Positions 28,464 to 32,000 of a DNA stretch of 32,000 nucleotides are shown here, piece by piece; the stretch's first letter is position 1, and each line of letters begins with the position of its first letter. Position numbers and translations under genes: made by a program. Origin of the DNA: Trichodesmium erythraeum IMS101 (GTDB lineage: Bacteria > Cyanobacteriota > Cyanobacteriia > Cyanobacteriales > Microcoleaceae); NCBI RefSeq assembly GCF_000014265.1, contig NC_008312.1, positions 4,350,001 through 4,382,000 of the forward strand, written 5' to 3'. The notes below the pieces were generated by a model. That model ran no database searches and was not told the DNA's origin. It saw nothing but the letters and a program-made list of their open reading frames with translations.

Positions 28464-29327
28464 TTAGGCATTTTTTTTATTGCCCAATTTATCAATAAAA
28501 AGAGAAGATGCCACCAAAATTAAAGAAGCTACTAACATCAAAGTTGATATAGCATTAATGGCTGGAGTTACCGAAAATTTAATCATACCATAAACAAATA
28601 ATGGTAATGTTGTTGAGCCGACTCCAGCAGTGAAAAAAGTAATCACAAAATCATCTAATGACAAGGTAAAAGCTAACAAAGCAGCACTAAAAATTGCCGG
28701 CCAAATTAAAGGTAAAGTAATCTGAAAAAAAGTTTTCCATTCATTAGCACCCAGGTCTAAAGCAGCTTCTTCTAAAGCCGGGTCAAGTTGAGCTACTCGC
28801 GCTCTGACAGTTACAACAACAAAAGAGATACTAAACACTATATGACCAATAATTACTGTCGGCAAACCTAAAACTAAACGAATACCTAAAATATTTTCGA
28901 TTAGCTGAAACCCCAAGGAAAAGAAAACTAATAAAGAAATACCAATAGTAATTTCGGGTATAATTATCGGCAAAAAAAGTATGGCCTCTAAAACATTACG
29001 TCCGGGAAAACGAAAACGTTCTAATGCTAAAGCAATCATAGTACCAAAAATTGTTGCTAGCAATGTTGAAATTGTTGCTACAAAAAGACTATTTGTTAGG
29101 GCTTCCCAAATCATCACATTGCTAATAGCATTAGCCGAAAATTCTTGTAATAAATTGTCATACCATTTTAAAGTAAAACCTCGCCATACAGCATTAAAAC
29201 GGGAATTATTAAAGGAGTAAATTACTAATATCAAAATAGGTAGATAAAGAAAGGCGAAACTAAAAGTCGCATTTAGCCATAAACCGAATTTGCCAACAGA
29301 ACGAATAAATAAATCAATTTGTTTCAT
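28464..29327 (-). CDS. potC: polyamine-type ABC importer permease
   Basis: 287-aa ORF. YLPILILVIYSFNNSRFNAVWRGFTLKWY and the EAA loop LEEAALDLGANEWKTFFQITLPL match PotC (YIPIIILIVNSFNSSRFGINWQGFTTKWY; LEAAKDLGASEFTILRKIILPL). Confidence 0.9.
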   Translation of the reverse strand: MKQIDLFIRSVGKFGLWLNATFSFAFLYLPILILVIYSFNNSRFNAVWRGFTLKWYDNLLQEFSANAISNVMIWEALTNSLFVATISTLLATIFGTMIALALERFRFPGRNVLEAILFLPIIIPEITIGISLLVFFSLGFQLIENILGIRLVLGLPTVIIGHIVFSISFVVVTVRARVAQLDPALEEAALDLGANEWKTFFQITLPLIWPAIFSAALLAFTLSLDDFVITFFTAGVGSTTLPLFVYGMIKFSVTPAINAISTLMLVASLILVASSLFIDKLGNKKNA

Positions 29328-29652
29328 TCTCGCTTTTATCTTGAGTGTGATAAATGGTAATAACCTTACAGAAAACTTACCTTAAGGTTAATTAATGAAG
29401 CATAAATAAAGTATGAAAGCTACTCTTTTAAAATCATAAAAAAAATCTAAAGTTTTCTTGATTCATAATTCAGTAGGATGTAGTGATAACTAATAGATGA
29501 TAAATGTTTATCCAAAATAAATTACAGATAATTGCTTTTCCTGAACAACCTTTGTCAAAAATTACAGGTAATAAACAATTGTAATTAATTTTTCCGAGGT
29601 ACTTAACTGAAATCATCTTTTTCTTTACTGGGTAATAGTGGGCAGATATAAA

Positions 29653-29710
29653 TTTTAATTTTTTTTGGAGACTAATTCCTCTTTCCAATATAATGAGTTA
29701 ATAATATCAA
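29653..29710. repeat. short spacer motif shared with 26909..26977
   Basis: See 26909..26977. Confidence 0.5.
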
Positions 29711-30082
29711 ATACTCTTTCCAATTAAGTGTTTAATAAATCAGCTTTATGGGAGGTAGATATTATTAGTATTGTAGAACATTTAAGAGCTGATTTATAAA
29801 TTTAGCTGAGAGTCTTATATTACCTAGCTTTTAGTGATTTTGGTTTTACTGGCAAATAAATGGCAAAGCCTCAGCATAGTAATAAACTCAATATCTTAAT
29901 ATTTACTTGATAAATAAACTCTCATATAAACCCAGTTCCTATCCTTTTTTTTATAGATATATTTCATCTGATTGAGGTATAAATATCACAGGCAATATAC
30001 CTGTGCTATAAATATTTTATTATTAATATTTTTCAATCATATACTTGTAATTATCTGTTACTTATTCCTAATAGCTGAATAC

Positions 30083-30964
30083 TTAATTATTTTCCTCTTC
30101 CGATACTGCAAAATAGATGATAACTGGAATTAATACAATTATCATCAAGGCAATTGATAGTGCCGAACCAAACGGCCAATTTCTAGCTTTAATAAATTGA
30201 TTTTGAATCAAGTTTCCTACCATCATAGTTTTTGCACCACCTAAAATATCAGGAGTAATAAAAGCACCAAATGCCGGAATAAAAACTAGTAAACAACCTG
30301 CAACTATACCTCGAATTGTTAATGGTAAAAATATACGAAAAAAGGTGCGTAAATCATTAGCTCCCAAATCTTGAGCAGCTTCTAATAAATAAAAATTAAA
30401 GCGTTCAATTGTGGCATATAAAGGTAAAATCATAAACGGCAAGTAGCCATAAACTAAACCAATAGTCACAGCAAAGGGTGTAAATAAAATAGTTAAAGGT
30501 TTGTCTGTTAGCTGTAAACTTTGTAAGGCAATATTAAATATTCCTTCAGTCCGAAGCAGGACTATCCAAGCATAAGTACGTACTAAAAAATTAGTCCAAA
30601 AAGGAATAATAACTAACATCAATAAAACATTACGCCAAGGTGGTCTAATAGTAGCAATAAAATATGCTAAAGGGTAGCCAATTAATAAACACATTATAGT
30701 TGTAGTTAAACTAAAGAATAAAGACCGCCAAAATATTCCCCAGTATATTCCTTGACCTAGTCGTTGATAGTTATCTAGAGTAAATTTCCAAACGACACCG
30801 CCATAAGTACCTCGTTCTAGGAAGCTGTAAATTAAAACAATTACTAACGGGATGATGAAAAAAATTAATAGCCAGATAGTTGCAGGGAATAGAAGAATTA
30901 GTAATTTTTTTAGTTGAGATTTTTCAATGTTTGAGGTTGACTGTTTTTTCTGAGGTTGCCACAT
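30083..30964 (-). CDS. potB: polyamine-type ABC importer permease
   Basis: 293-aa ORF. FTLDNYQRL, IIPFWTNFLVRTYAW, LLEAAQDLGANDLRTFFRIFLPLT and GGAKTMMVGNLIQNQF...NWPFGSA match E. coli PotB (FTLDNYTRL, IVPFWTNSLIRIYGL, LLEAARDLGASKLQTFIRIIIPLT, GGAKNLLIGNVIKVQF...DWPFGAA). Confidence 0.9.
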   Translation of the reverse strand: MWQPQKKQSTSNIEKSQLKKLLILLFPATIWLLIFFIIPLVIVLIYSFLERGTYGGVVWKFTLDNYQRLGQGIYWGIFWRSLFFSLTTTIMCLLIGYPLAYFIATIRPPWRNVLLMLVIIPFWTNFLVRTYAWIVLLRTEGIFNIALQSLQLTDKPLTILFTPFAVTIGLVYGYLPFMILPLYATIERFNFYLLEAAQDLGANDLRTFFRIFLPLTIRGIVAGCLLVFIPAFGAFITPDILGGAKTMMVGNLIQNQFIKARNWPFGSALSIALMIIVLIPVIIYFAVSEEENN

Positions 30965-32000
30965 TTTAATTAGCCAAGAAGTCAGAAATTATGACCATCA
31001 TATTTATGTTTATTTGTCAATAATTTTTGGTAGTATTTTTTGAAGCCAGTATAATAATTTTTGATTAGTCTTAATGACACTTTAGGATTTTTTACCCCGA
31101 AAATGGTCTCAAAGCCAGTATAAGCGGAAATACTACCAAATATCTAAAAATAGCTGAAGCCTAGATATACTTAAAAAATGGTTTATTTAAGGTTAAAATG
31201 TTATTGTATAAGACTTTGACCTGATTTTTAGTATCTTTTTTTCCTAAAACCCTGTGAATAGGACTCATACCATTTTTCAAAAGCTTTTCTAGATTTTTTT
31301 TAGCTGAAAAGTACAAGAGTAGGAGATCAGGGGAATAGTAAACATTTATAAAATTAATATTAACTTAGCTAAAGAGAGAAATCAAATGATTATATTTATG
31401 TTAATTATTTAATAACTGAAGTGCTACCTAAGTATAGCATTAGTGCATGTAAATTGGTATTCAACAGAATAGAAACACAAAACAGGTTAAAATAAGTATT
31501 ATAGAGATTAGTCAAATTTTAAATTTTTTATCCTGAAAATTAATTTGTGTGATGGTATAAGGAAAATGTGAAAAGTGTAGGACTTAAAAATAATTCAGCT
31601 TTAGTAAAAAATTATGAAAAAAACTGATATAAATAACCAGGAATTTCTTGAGGGAAAAAATATCGTTAAAACTAAAAGAAAAGGATATTTTAGAAACATA
31701 GAAGAGGTAAAAGTTGTGACAACAATAGCAAATATTCCTGAAAACACATCTGATTCAAAATCTTTGAAACCAAAGGTTTGGGTTGCTCATACTTTTAGAT
31801 AAAAACAATATCAGGTTAAGCAAGATGGGTAAAAACCTATCAATATGATAAAAATTAATTACTCAGGACTTATGCAATAAAAATAATTGTAGTGGTTATA
31901 TCTGGAATAATGACTAAATTATCCACTACACATAGCAATATTATGTAAGCCCTAGTACTATCAAAGTTTCCAAATTTTGGGAACCTTTTTTTTATTGAAT

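Noticed and set aside
28026-29688. ORFs 28026..28226 (-), 28981..29220 (+) and 29470..29688 (-) around the pot genes.
   Set aside because: They overlap the potD start or run antisense to potC, or they lie in AT-rich spacer with no start signals or motifs. They are likely spurious.
31015-31020. TTGACA (minus strand) ~50 nt upstream of potB as a -35 promoter element. I also considered TTGACA at 4741..4746 (+).
   Set aside because: No acceptable -10 hexamer lies at 16-18-nt spacing in either case. In such AT-rich DNA, isolated hexamer matches are not evidence.
31614-31802. 62-aa ORF (+) near the right edge.
   Set aside because: It is Lys/Asn-rich in very AT-rich DNA. I see no SD sequence, no recognisable motif and no supporting context. 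It is not reported as a gene.

Overview
This looks like a cyanobacterial chromosomal segment. It is AT-rich and the HIP1 octamer GCGATCGC recurs in genes and spacers. The very long non-coding spacers and many gene relics recall Trichodesmium-like filamentous cyanobacteria, but I cannot verify the taxon. Content from left to right: (1) a truncated PotA-like ABC ATPase (-). (2) A GldG-like ABC auxiliary protein and a DUF4340-like partner (-), with no ATPase or permease partner nearby. (3) A 2.5-kb gene desert holding decayed glycosyltransferase relics. (4) The most notable region: two tandem copies of a two-gene cassette (+). In each, an NB-ARC/AP-ATPase STAND NTPase with a small HTH-like N-terminal module is followed by a separate gene made almost entirely of 20 or 16 near-identical 40-residue TPR units. 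(5) An intact Uma2-family (PD-(D/E)xK) nuclease-like gene. (6) A second Uma2 copy split into two halves 8.1 kb apart. The intervening DNA carries scraps of neighbouring genes and a 7-kb gene for a 2337-aa repeat protein (5 PPC-like, 13 cadherin-like and 3 PPC-like modules, many units nearly identical at DNA level), ending in a clean HIP1-stem terminator. (7) potB-potC-potD-potA polyamine-type ABC importer genes (-), separated by abnormally long spacers that contain short shared repeat elements. I recognised no rRNA, tRNA, CRISPR array, transposase or integrase. The best candidate for something new is the duplicated split NOD + TPR-sensor cassette, whose repeats have a homogenised scaffold and variable predicted surface positions. 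All family calls come from reading motifs by eye; no database search was possible.
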